A DNA stretch of 58,675 bases, the filler included, from Sphacelaria rigidula (lineage: Eukaryota), in the NCBI GenBank assembly GCA_964200075.2. It is 10 parts of 10 records of this genome, joined end to end, with 100 filler letters (N's around TTAATTAATTAA, not from the genome) between each part and the next. Parts side by side here need not be neighbours in the genome. Positions count along the whole stretch, not along the records: positions 1 to 5,778 come from CAXNAA020024538.1; positions 5,879 to 11,656 come from CAXNAA020024539.1; positions 11,757 to 17,534 come from CAXNAA020024540.1; 7 more parts are not named here. The stretch is one strand, 5' to 3'. Shown here piece after piece: positions 1 to 12,040 of the stretch. Position 1 is the first letter of the stretch; each line of letters begins with the position of its first letter. The notes under the pieces are model-generated. The model searched no databases and was not told where the DNA came from. It saw nothing but the letters and a program-made list of their open reading frames with translations. A program made the translations under genes and the position numbers.

Positions 1-3000
1 AAAACCCCCCCCAGTCCCGCACCACCCGGGGAGAAAAAAAAAAAAAACACAAGCCCCCCCCCCCCCCCCCCCCCCCCGAAAATTATTGCAAAATGCCCAT
101 GATGAATCTTGAGCCGAACGATTGGTACATTGATACGGCGCTTTCCTTTTGGACAATGCTCCTCATTTGAATTTATGTAATGTGCGGCATGCACTCGAGG
201 TCAACAACATGCGATGATCTATCGAGGTTGTGATGTGCTGTACTCCCATTATACTGTTGTGTTCGCCATCCCTATTGTGGACTGTCTGTGGTGCATTCTG
301 TTGTACTTTGGTGAGTACTGACTGTAGAGTAGATTTTTACTGTCTCGTCCTCAACAAAATATACCCCTGTGTTCAGAGTTGAAGTTGAAATGGGTCTTAC
401 TGTCCACTGCAGTGATTGGTATGGCATGCACCCATGTCATCTCTTTTGCTCCATTCGGCTGTCGTGCTGTTTATATGTAGCGTACAACCGCCGGACCGGC
501 AGCTTCGACACTACAATAGTCAGTGCGATGTGTTTCACGTTCATTGCTCTGCGGAATTTTGGTGCAGTTCGCCATTCGCAACTCGCGGTTCAGTCGCGGG
601 GAACTAACACCGTCTTCAATCGGTGTTGATGTATTCCATGATAGATAACGCTGCCTGTGTGCTTCTGTTAACGTGTCGAGTGTGCCTGTGTTGACGTGTC
701 GATGCATCAGACATGAGCACGCGCCCACACCTTTCATACAGTACACTCCCCAGCCCAATGCCACCCACACGCGCACGCAGACACAAACATGAGGTAATGC
801 ATCGCAACAGTACAGCCATCCGTTCACGCTTGCTCTAGCCCTACCCCTCGCCCGCGCATCGAACCGCAGTTGGTGTCCATCTTCCCGTCTGGACGAGAAG
901 CCTATATTTGACCACCACGACTGCAAACCCGCACCGGTCGTCTTACGCCCATCCTCTTCCAAACCCGAAATTCCCGAAAGCCCGCATCATGGTCCAGTAC
1001 TGCCGTTCAGCACACCCGTGACCGTATACTCGTATCTGTACCCCTGGTGCGGCTGGTACCCTCGAACGTGTAGCGTTTGCAATAGCCGACACTATTTGTA
1101 CGAGCCGGCGGTCATTTTGTTGCATAATTTTTCCGCGTAATTACCGTCGGATAGCGAAATACCGCAGTTCCTCCACCTGGTTCCGCATTTTGGGTCCTCA
1201 GGTTATTTTTCCGTTTCCTCTGCCTCATGTTTTGCCTCTGTTTTTACTTGCTGGGTTTTTTTGCCGCGTACGCGTGACGAATTTGGTTTCCGACTAGCCG
1301 TAAAAAGCAGTGAATCGGTACACGCGTTGAAGGAAGGCACACGGCGGACGGTTTACTCCTATTTCGTCTACTCGTAGCATCGCCAAACATCGACGAAAAA
1401 CCACACACGCATATCTCCGGACCTGCGCCTGCCCCTAATGGTTATCTCACACGCGCTGCTCCTGCAGTTGTTCTGTCACGCGCCCCTGCGACTCCCTCTA
1501 CCTCACCGCTTTCTTTTTTGTTACTTTACAATTTTGCATTGTTATTTTACAATTTTGTAAAAAACTAAAAACATTAGGCATACCTAATCGAGCGCTCGGT
1601 TCGTAACTCGTGTCCACACCCCTCTCACATTTATATATCAAGTCATGGAGAGAAGGAGGGGGAAAGCCCTTCAAAAGCGACCTTGTGCCCCACCCCCAGC
1701 ATGCATTTTTTTTTCAGACATCCCTGACATTGAATTTCATCTACTGCATTTAGAATCGAACGGGAGAACGCCATAATAACGCCTCGTTAGAGTTCCACCC
1801 CTGGTACGGGATACCCAGAATACCATAGCCAAGTGCAGGTGCTTCTGCTACAGTCAACCTTAGTTCAGTCGTGCTGCGTGCTGTCATGGGTTGTGTGGTA
1901 CCATCATGCAGTACAGTAGCCAACACGTCCCGCGTATTTGCGTACACTGATTAATGTACAACACGGGGGAAAACAGGGCGAGGTCGGTGCGATGCAACGG
2001 CTTGCACCGATCCCCTGCTGATTCTCTACTTCGGTGAATCTCCCTGGGCGCTAGATCTCTTTCTGGAATAACATAAACTGGGAGATCGGATAATCCAGCC
2101 GATTCGTCGAGATGAGCAATAGTGTGCAGCCGTGGATGGTCGTTCGCTGGCCCTCCGGATGCTCAAAAGGTTTTCTTTTCTATGTTGGTTTTGCCCAGGA
2201 GCAGCCCCCGCCTGCACATGTCGTATGCAGCGCGAACATCACCCCCACAAAAACGCTTAGCCCTTGAGCTGTACTGCAGCAAACTGTCTGTGTTGTTGTA
2301 TATACTACAATACTGCTGTACTTTTGGCGTCATCACTGCCACCGAATGTGAAAGAAAGTGTAGAGAAGATTTTTTTACGGTCTGAAATTGCGGTCATACA
2401 TTTGATTGCTCTAACTCAACTGTCAATGTTTGAAAGTCGGGCACTTGAACGCCGCCGGCCCCGGCGCACGCACGAAAAATAAGTGCACTGCGGTGCGCGG
2501 CGTGTGTGTGGCACCCGTCTTTTTCCGTGAAGCCTTCCCTCTGTTACCAAATTCCATCAGTATATGAGCTGGTTGAGCCGTAAAGGGGATCTGTGCCCTG
2601 AAAGCGGTTTCTCGCGTCAATTTGGAGATTGTACCACCTAGGTCGGTGGAGATTCGGAACAATATTATATATGCGATGCACCAACCCAGTTTGATGCTTG
2701 TTTTTTCAATTTTTGCGTAAAGAACCGTAAGCATCACAACTGTGGGACGTTGGAGTGTAACGAGAATTGTTTTCACGGGAATGTTCTTAACTAATGACGA
2801 GAAAATCAGGGACCACACGGTCTTGTTTTTTTTCCCCTGCGATTCTGTACATTTGAATTTCAAAATACAGCTCTTGAAACCGAGCTGGAACAGTGCGTTA
2901 AGGGCCAAGAAGATCAATTTCTCACAAAAAAATGTCCTGAGCTTGATGGAAAAATCAAGCAGCTAAAATTGCCTTTTTTTTCTATGCCCACCGATACTCC

Positions 3001-3291
3001 ATACCAAATTTTTAAAGGACAACTCGCAATTTTGAGGTGAGAACCCCAGATGACCTGCCCCCTCTGCCTCTGCTCGGAATATGTTGAGCTTAGTATTGCA
3101 TCTTATTTTGCGGCATGCCGCTAGATGCATAACGAATTAGGTGAAGGTTAGAGTATCCATCGTTTTCCCGTCCTCCAGGGAGTGTTGACGCTAAAACTCA
3201 TCATCATCCGCTGTACACATCATTCGTGGTGTCGTATAGAAGTTATCAATAGTATGGACCCCATGTTGGTACAGCATAGAGCTTACTCAAC

Positions 3292-3681
3292 CTGGCGTTT
3301 CATCAACAAGAGAACAATTGCCCAGGTTGTAAAGCAGATGTCCATCTGCCCCGTTTGATATGACGATGAAGAAGATTTGCGAATCACAATCCAATTCGTC
3401 TGCGTCAATGGGATATGACTGTGAGAGCTGACAACCGTTGTCAGACTGTGGCCCAGCTCGTGAAACTCGCGTCAAACCATTTCGTATAGCAAGATACGGC
3501 CCAGTCTGTAAAATACATGGCCTTGCATCATCATACACCATCCATGTGAGAAATTTACCTCGCATATCTGCATCATGCCCGACTGGTTGAGAGTAGAAAT
3601 CCGTTGGGCCGTCAGGAGCTGAAGCGCTTGAGCGCTGAACACCCCGATGGCACAGTCGAGTAGCTCATCTCTCTCGGAGCG
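3292..3681 (-). CDS. Putative exons of an unidentified gene (3681-3559, 3505-3292; a further exon may start at 2077)
   Basis: AG/GT-bounded, phase-compatible open segments: RSERDELLDCAIGVFSAQALQLLTAQRISTLNQSGMMQICE | TGPYLAIRNG...NCSLVDETP. No recognised homology, and the 53-bp intron is short. Confidence 0.3.
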
Positions 3682-5705
3682 CTACCACCAGTGACAACGA
3701 ACACAGGATGTACTCCTGGATACGGTCAATCTGCTTGACCGAAGCATTTGTTCTCTACGTGTTTTCAGCGGTCCACATAGAGTCCAACTGGCAGGGGTTA
3801 GCGCCGAACGGATCAAGGGTAGCTCAGCGTGCGGATAGTCGAAAGGGTCAAGACATGGCATGTAGCTCGATGTAGGGCTTCGCTTATTTGGAGAACTGGT
3901 ATACAATCATACGGTCATTCATTCACGTACTCAGGCATAGCATGTGACACTTTTCGAGCTGTTATACACATGGAACCACGTCGTGAATCGCGCAAATCGG
4001 TAATACTGTTGTCATGATAAGGTCGTACCCCATTGCTGGATAATGGCAATGCCACGGGAACACTGATGGATAACGACAAGATACAGTAATTGAGCTCACA
4101 AGTCCTGGTTTTGAAATTGGGCAAGCAAGCATGACAAACTCCACCAATGCTACGGGTAAGGCCATCTCTAATGGGAGCCGTTCAAAATTCCTGTCAAAAA
4201 CTGCCTTTTGGACCCTTCTCCCTCGATTTACGCCCGGAAAGAGGGCTAGGTGGATGCTAACGCCTTGGAATGATTTGCTCTACTCGTTGAGAACGTTCTA
4301 GGGCATCTCTGCATTCCCGCTGGCCGCACTTCAGTTTTTGGCCAAACACGGGCTTTCAGCGAAAAACGGTCAGGTGATCGAATTTTCCATCAGTTTTTTT
4401 ATCGCTCGACCGTTTTTCATTAGAAATTCGTGTTTGGCCAAAAAGAAAAGTGCTGCCAGCGGGAAATGCCAAGTCGCCCTGGGACGATTTTTTAGAGTAA
4501 AGCAAGTCGTTCCAATGCGTCAACATCCGCCCAGCCCTCTTTTCAGGCGTATAACGACGAAGAAGGTTTCAACGGCTCCCATTAGAGTCGGTCCAAGAGC
4601 GAGAAATGGGTTCTGAATCGAGCGCAGCAGCACTGAACAGTCCCCGAAGGACCATTTCTTACGCATATTTGCTCTGCTCTTGTTGCTTACAATGTAAGTG
4701 AGGTGAAACAGGGACGTGAAACGATACTGTGTCCATGTTTGTGTACCTGTGTGTGTCTTGTGATGACGATGGTTGTACGTTGGAAGTTTTGAAGTTCTCT
4801 AGTATCTCAAGGCTGCAGCACTTGCAGTCAACGGCCAGTTGTACAAAATCGGCAATGGAGCATGACACAGTACGCCATAGAAATTACCGGCTAGAAGCCC
4901 GACCGGGAAAAGGTAAATTCCCTCCACGTCCACTCGGTTGCCTTTTATTTTATTATTTCTCCAGCTTGGGATGAAGTGAATCGATGGGCCGTCTACTGTT
5001 ATCCCCTGCAGCACCCTAAGGTCGACCCATTTATCTTGCAGCTCGTACAGTACATGCAGTCTAGTGGTACCCTCTCGGCAGACTCCGGGTCCTCATCGTG
5101 TCTGTGGGCTGTCCGCAATACAGGAGCCATCAACACGAAGTGTGTGTGTGCGCGCGTGTTTTGTTTGTGCTAATGGGCGGCAACCGTTCTCCAATGTCCG
5201 CATTTTTTCACCTGGAGGACGAAAGATTCACTGAATTCAGCCGTTAACATACGATGGCACCCCTACACGTGACGAAAAATCTGTCCCACTCATGTCTGTG
5301 TATTCGTTCAACTGGACAGCATCCGGCGAAACTGGACAAATACTGCAATGGCACTTTTTAGGACATGTAGAGCACAATCATATACATACATGTACACCCA
5401 CGGATTCAAGAAATAGCTTTTGATCACACAAGGTCACTGGTTCAGGTCCAGCGTCGGGAATATTGGAGGTATATCGAACTCGACATTCCTGGTACATTCA
5501 ACAGTAATTTTCTGTTGAATCTACCGATGGCCTCGAGTTTGAGATAGCTCCACTGAACCCACTCTTCTTGGCAGATCGAGATATGTCGACCACTTGTGTA
5601 TCGTATACTCGATACCGTAACTTCAATCCCCCCCCCGCGCTCGCACTCGAGTTGATGACTCATATTTGCACCCTTCCTTCGTTTCGCCAACCGTCACCCT
5701 AGAGA

Positions 5706-5778
5706 GGAGGGTGTACTCATTATCATGCATGCCATAGTCATGAGACCATTGACCTCGCATCCCTACAAAGCCAGGACG
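5706..5778 (-). mobile_element. C-tailed short retro-element, subfamily B (truncated by contig end)
   Basis: Minus strand reads CGTCCTGGCTTTGTAGGGATGCGAGGTCAATGGTCTCATGACTATGGCATGCATGATAATGAGTACACCC; matches copies at 21712, 29391, 30812, 39375 and 52899. Confidence 0.85.
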
Positions 5779-5878
5779 NNNNNNNNNNNNNNNNNNNNNN
5801 NNNNNNNNNNNNNNNNNNNNNNTTAATTAATTAANNNNNNNNNNNNNNNNNNNNNNNNNNNNNNNNNNNNNNNNNNNN
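5779..5878. other. Artificial contig spacer N44-TTAATTAATTAA-N44 (first of nine)
   Basis: Identical 100-bp spacers at 5779-5878, 11657-11756, 17535-17634, 23413-23512, 29291-29390, 35168-35267, 41045-41144, 46922-47021 and 52799-52898. The 12-mer puts stops in all six frames. Intervening segments are 5778 bp (x5) then 5777 bp (x5). Confidence 0.99.
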
Positions 5879-6229
5879 GTGTGTGTTGTCTGATTTATTC
5901 TGGGCGCCAGTCTGCACCTTTCGGTATATGTGGGCGCACCAGGCGGGGTCACACAGGAGAAAGGTCAACACAGGGTTTTTGTTTTTGTTTGTTTTCAGAA
6001 CCCCACCTTCCTTCTACGGTGCTTGCGTTTCTTTTTTATCGCGAGAGGGGTTCAGCAGACCCTTTCCCTCGTCGACCGTCAAGTCGAACTTCGTGTACCC
6101 ACGACATAGTCGCTCTCCACTATTAAGCATGTTGTGAGAAAAATTCCTAGATCGCTCCAGGAATTGAACCCCACTACTCAACCGTCAGAAGGTTACGAGG
6201 TTACCAACTGAGCCACCGGGGCGACCGGC
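5879..6229 (-). mobile_element. tRNA-derived SINE
   Basis: Minus-strand head has a Pol III A box TGGCTCAGTTGG (6215-6204) and B box GGTTCAATTCC (6170-6160), then a ~270-bp body and a CA-repeat tail. Homologous copies at ~9345-9570 and ~40200-40572. Confidence 0.85.
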
Positions 6230-6973
6230 TCCGAGTGTACTGTACTGTATGTCAGCGAGGAGCCTGGAAATCAGGAATGAAATACGACCATTCCCCCCGT
6301 CTATTATGCACGTTTTGCATGTCAAATTATCCGTCACCTCGCCACTTCGCCGCGCCGAAAGTCAGCGAAATGGCGTGCAAATGAACGCCATCAGGGTCCC
6401 CTCTCAACGGGACCCGACTAATCATTTGAAAAAAAAGGAAAACATAATATTGACGTTTTTCCCCCCTGCGATTGACGAATGCTAATCAGCAACCGATCAC
6501 AGGGTGGGTGGAAGCTGCCAATCTTTTCTAATGCTTCTCGGGTCCCGTTAAGGCAGGATAACCTACGCTCGCTTTCCAAGGGTTAATGCAGAGGCATTGT
6601 GACGGTTCATGAAAGCCAAGGCCCAAACTTCCCAGGGGGCACAGAGACACCAACGATACCCCACTTTTGCAATGGGAAGGAGATAAGGTGTAAACCCGTA
6701 CACTAGCTTCGGGGCCTGACTGGAGGTTTCGCAACGCTAGCAAGGCGAACCGATCATTTAACCCGTCGTGGAATACGATAGAGAGCATCGCGATAACTGT
6801 CAATCAGACGCGTTTCTCGGAAGGCCTTTTTCATGGCTAGAGCTAGTATGACTACATATGTTAATCAATGCACCAATTTTGAAAGCATGTGAGTATCGAA
6901 AGATCGTTGCATACCCTCAATAACCCACTAGTTGACATCCTCATCACTGGAAAAGAAGCGAATATACTCGTAC

Positions 6974-9900
6974 CGCTAGGTCCAGCTTGTCCGTCTTGCT
7001 GGCGTACTTGTCCTTAGTCTTCTTGTACTTGGACTTGTTCTTCTTGTCCCCCTCGCCCGCTTCTCCTGCCGGTGAAGTCGTGTAATGTTGGAGGGAGTAT
7101 TAGTATAACGTGTTCAACCTGAAAAATGAAGATTGTAATACTAACGCCACACCCACATATACGTATACATATTTTCATGTATTTTGACCATGAACGGAGA
7201 CACATGTGTACACTCCTTGCAGAACGACACATGGAATCAGATGGTGTACATATGTCGGATAATCACCAATTTAACTGTCGTAAATGGATGTATATGCTTG
7301 AAGCGGAGGTTTCCAATGCCATGCCCAAGTATAGTAGCGTACCACGAAAAAAGATAGTGCCTGCCTCATCTCGCATTAAAACCTACCTCATTTTCCTGAC
7401 TTTTCTGAGCTCCAGTTGGTCATTCACAACCCCCAAACAAACCATCATTCAACCCTGTACAGGCAGCAACACGATCCTGTAACGGCAACGCTCTTGAAGG
7501 AGCACTCGAGCGTTGGAACATACAGTCACCCAAAGATCCGCAACGGCATAACCGGATCAAAATTCAAGTACTTCCCGCAGACGACGGGATAGGATAGGAT
7601 AGGATAGGATAGAATAGGATAGGTGATCATGGATACGCAAAAAGAGCGATGGGTTGTACATCGACCATACATTGGTCTCAACGAAGGTCGATACTGTATT
7701 ATCAACAGACAGGGTCGTGAGAAACTGGGGCTTCACAAGAGCTTTCAGCCGTAATAGAACCTGCTTGAAAAGAAACGGGGGTCGATTGTGGTCTACGATC
7801 CACACAGTGTGCAAACTAATAATTTATTTATTCAAGTTTAACTCCTAAATGGCGCAACGGGAAACAGGTTATTTCGGTACAATCCAACAGTGGAACCAAC
7901 TTACAAGTCACGACACAAGCAAGCATCGCTTCCTGGGGGGAGGGGGGGGGTATCTATAGTACAGGCATACACGACTACCTGCGAGCGATTTGGCCAAGGC
8001 TTTCATGAGCTGGTCATCGTCATCACTTCCGCCGTCACCGGCTTCTGTCGTGGGACCGGCAACCATTCTCTCGCCGTCTTCGTCAGATGATGATAAAGAA
8101 TCGCAGTCGTCGGCGGATTCCGTTGGTTTAGGGTCCTCGCCATCGTCCTCCTTCCTGACACCGCTGTTACGGGACGCGAGCACACGACCATTCGAACGGA
8201 ACAGTAAGAAAGAGGGGGTAAATGAGACAGACCGCAAAAGGAATGAATGCAACAAGAGCAGAACACGGGGGGTCCGTGAGGGACAAGAAAAACAATGCTG
8301 AGTGTGCTAATTTCGGAGGTTAGTATTGGGCTTTTCTACTCGTCACCCTTTTTTTCAACTGACTGATACCAAGTTTTTCGATGTTGTTAGGGCTGCCAGT
8401 TTTCGTTTCCTGTTCACGACTGGCTGAGCAGTCTACCATAGTCAGGAAAACTGGTCTTCGACAGTAAGCCTTAGGCACTTTTGGGTCGGCTGTAACTGAA
8501 TTGGAACGACGACGAGTCACGGAATAAGACGTGCGCTGCGTGTTCCTTTTCGCCTCGGGAGTTACACTCACGCTCAGAAATTTTGGGCAAAGCTATGGAC
8601 CTTTTGTTTTCATCGGAAATGTTCAGAGGAGCCAAGACAAAAATCTGATGTAAAAGAAAATAATGCAAACACGGAGACTCGAATTTCACGACACCAATGA
8701 TCGAGAGGCGGATTTTCGAAAGGGGATATTCTATTGTCACGCGTCAAATCATCCCGCGAGGGAATCAGCCCTTGCTATCGTCGTGACCTTTTTGTTACCT
8801 TCTCGTTACAGGGGTGAACGTCCCACGGTGAAGATAAGCGGCAGCGATCGCATCAACCCCACACTTTGCACCATCGCCAGAAGTGGCGGAGGGGGCATAC
8901 GGGGAGTTGAGAACACCTCCCAGTGCCATCGCTCCTCATCGGAAACGTCCCGCGATGGAACACACACCGCCAAAACGAAATCCTTGACCCGATTCGTGCC
9001 CCATACAGCCAGACCCTGCGCTGACTGCGATCTACGCTCGCCGCTCGTCCCTTCAAGCACAAGGCAAAGGTACCAAGTTGCAATGCCATCTAACGTGTTT
9101 TCCGCATCTGCTTACTGGACGCAGCAGTGCGCGGGCCGCTGTTCCCCGAGCAGTCCTCACAAATGCATAACTCGACACCGACACACCTCAAAATTACCGT
9201 GGGCGCGTTTCGTTTTTGCCACACCCACCTATCTCTCCCGTTCGCGTTGGCGCCGTCCGTGCCCCTGCCCCCATCGCACCATCCCAACGCCTGGGTCCTG
9301 CGAGATAATTTAATTGTATACATCAACAGGTGAGCTGTGGACTTGCGTGTGCGTGTGTCATTCGTCCCACATACATTGGAGGCCTACACCTTCCCGTGTG
9401 AGCGGGGTCACCAAGTGGGGTAGGCCACAAGGGAGGAAGGTCGCACGTAGTTTTTTTTTTTTTTTTCTCTTCCTTTTTTCTCCGCCTTGTACGGTGCTTG
9501 CCTTGTTTTTGACCGCGGAAAGGGTTCGGCCGTCCCTTTCCCTCGCTGATAGTCAAATCGGATTTGTGTAAGCAAAAAATGGATTGTAGTGTTTTGCGAT
9601 CAAAGCAAGCATTCCGATCCAGTGCCTATGCTGTTGGTAGTTTCAGTTAATGGATTCAAAATGCGAGAGTATAGCCACTTCACCGTTGTTTATTCGTCGA
9701 GTATGAGTGGATCTTAGTGAAGTTTCTGTCCACAGATGCAGAACAGTACTCAATGCTTGTTTGATTTTTCTGTAGAGAAGTATATCGATTCACATCGTGT
9801 ACCATACTCTTCTTTTACTGCTGAACTGCTCATGGCCGGGCTTGACCCGGAAGCCATGCCTCGTGCATCGTGCGGACATTGATGCGTCACCTATAAGCTG

Positions 9901-10695
9901 CGATCTGCGCTACGCAAGTAGGCAGAATATTTCAACATATACTTCACGGTTAATCTCAGTTGGGATGTCATCGATTTATCGTGATCATGCGACCAGGTGT
10001 GACAAATCTTGGACATGTCACACCAACAACAAACCCTCTCATGGGATTCCTTTTTTTTCAAATACTGTAGCAACCTAACTTCATTTTCATTTACAGGGTT
10101 CCTTAATTAAATAAGCAACTGTAGCATTTGCGAGATTTCATGAAAAAGCACCTGTACCCACGATTACTGCTGTACAATAACTTTCTCAACGATTCCTTCA
10201 TTTCACTCCCATTTCATGTATAAAATGTTGTATTTCAAATATTTTAATTCAATCGACACAAGAAGGCTGACATCGAAAAATAACAGCAACAATGTTGATC
10301 TTGTTCTCAAGTCTAGCTGCTTTCAACCAAAAATGTGAAGCGTTTTCTGGCTTGCAGCTCAACTACCACAGTGAAGCCTCCACCCCTCGACAGGAGCTAT
10401 ACTTGATGCTGTCCTTTGAGTCCTGCTGCATGTCTAGACTACACTACAGTACATACCTCACGCCGTCGTCCTCTTCGTTCGTGCTAGAGCCCGTGCTCTC
10501 CAGCGTAGTCTCCTTGGTAAACAAGGTCACCTTGCGACTGTGCCCACGACCGACGGGCTGAGAGATCGATCGCCTCAAGGTCGGGGTTTCCCCCACAGCA
10601 CCTGCCAATTCCTGCCCGGAAGGCTTCGAGAAGCCAACATGCGAACTGTTGGGGGCCTTGTTCACCACACGTGGAGCGCTGACTTGTTGAGTCAT
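6974..10695 (-). CDS. Internal exons of an unidentified low-complexity/disordered protein (10695-10457, 8163-7979, 7065-6974; possible 69-nt exon near 9230-9298)
   Basis: Canonical AG/GT ends with matching phases (0-2, 2-1, 1-0): MTQQVSAPR...EEDDGV | GVRKEDDGEDPK...MKALAKSLA | GEAGEGDKKNKSKYKKTKDKYASKTDKLDLA. Confidence 0.55.
9345..9570 (-). mobile_element. Partial copy of the tRNA-derived SINE (body and tail, no head)
   Basis: Shares GCGGGGTCAC...GGAAGGTC...ACGGTGCTTGC...CCCTTTCCCTCG...GTCAA blocks with 5879-6229. Confidence 0.7.
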
Positions 10696-11564
10696 CTGCC
10701 AGCGCGGGATCGTTGAAGATACACGTTGAAGATACACGTTGAAGATAAAAAATGTGGCACATGGTGAAAACGGAGAAGCTAGACAGCGAAGTCCAAGCAT
10801 TTTTTTGGTTCGTGTCGTCACAATTTCAAGTCCACCCCTCTCCTTCCTCTGGACGAGCTCGTCGTTTGAAACGCTCAACCGGTTTCTCCACCAATACCTG
10901 GCGTACATTTGCTTGTCGACGATTGGACCATGACCATCAGCACAACCATACCCTGTCGACTCTGGTGGAGTTTCTTCTGCTACAATAATATCGTCCCCAG
11001 CCTTTCAACCATGGTGACCAGACGCTGCTCAAAATGACCGTGTCGATGGGGATTCGAATCTGCACCCGTCCGTCCTACCTCAGCGTCGGTAACTAACTTT
11101 CGGTAACCGTCGGTAATTGGACTGTCATTTCTATTCAGATCACTGGGTTTGGGTTGATTGGTTGATTGATTATCCCACTTCATGTGATCCCCCAGGAAGC
11201 CAACTCTGGTCATTATCCACATAATAGTCACATGATATAAGGTACGCCAGATGGAAACACAATGGAAAATATTCCCCGAAGAAAAGTGGAGAAGCATTAA
11301 CGAATATTACATCAGACAATAATAGAGATTGTAAGAGGTGCTCTCATTGTTTTCACAAGCTCGAACGCAGCTCGCTTGCCCTGGTCGCGGGAGGTGTCGC
11401 CTGATTGCCGGCCGATTGTCGAGTAACATTTCAGGCAACTTCCTCCATTCTGCGCGACGGTTTAAACCAAGATCCCGTATTTGGAGTGGGGGGGCGCGGA
11501 GTGTACTCATGATGTGACCATGGCTGGATACCTCGATGATCGGCTCGAGCGCAATAGTCGTTCG

Positions 11565-11646
11565 GGGGAAGGGCGGGGGGCGTACTCATTTGTTGCTTGC
11601 CTTGGTCGTTTGACCAATGACCACCCATCCCGTTCGAGACGGAGCG
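11565..11646 (-). mobile_element. C-tailed short retro-element, subfamily A
   Basis: Minus strand reads GCTCCGTCTCGAACGGGATGGGTGGTCATTGGTCAAACGACCAAGGCAAGCAACAAATGAGTACGCCCCCC. Confidence 0.85.
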
Positions 11647-11948
11647 GGGGGGGGGGNNNNNNNNNNNNNNNNNNNNNNNNNNNNNNNNNNNNNNNNNNNN
11701 TTAATTAATTAANNNNNNNNNNNNNNNNNNNNNNNNNNNNNNNNNNNNNNNNNNNNATTCACTTATTGACCGCTTTTCACTCTCAATCGTATCATCTACT
11801 CCCAATCTCACGAAAACACTGTTATACATGACAAATATCCAAATGTTCATGAAAAAGCTTTCGTGCGTAGCGAGAGAAGAACAGATCTAAACCTCAAATG
11901 TGGCATAGCTCAGCCCAATCCACCTGCGGGAGTGTCGCTGTCCAAGTG

Positions 11949-12040
11949 TTAACCCTTACACCGCGATGCGGGTAGTCCACCTGGATCACGCACACCTTTT
12001 TCAAGTGAGTTTGATGCCGATTCAGCACGTGACCTACCCA
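11949..12040 (+). mobile_element. piggyBac-like MITE, diverged copy
   Basis: Starts TTAA-CCCTTACACCGCG; internal TTTTTCAAGTGA...TGATGCCGATTCAGCA shared with 50120-50218. Confidence 0.65.

Noticed and set aside
1..80. Poly-C/poly-A tract at the window start
   Set aside because: Low-complexity contig end, likely low-quality sequence; no recognisable element body.
5823..5834. Regularly spaced TTAATTAATTAA palindromes (~5.88-kb period)
   Set aside because: Always centred in 44+44 Ns; an artificial all-frame-stop linker, not a biological repeat or CRISPR.
6150..6229. tRNA gene
   Set aside because: A and B boxes are present, but I see no convincing acceptor stem or cloverleaf and it continues into a dispersed repeat body; it is a SINE head.
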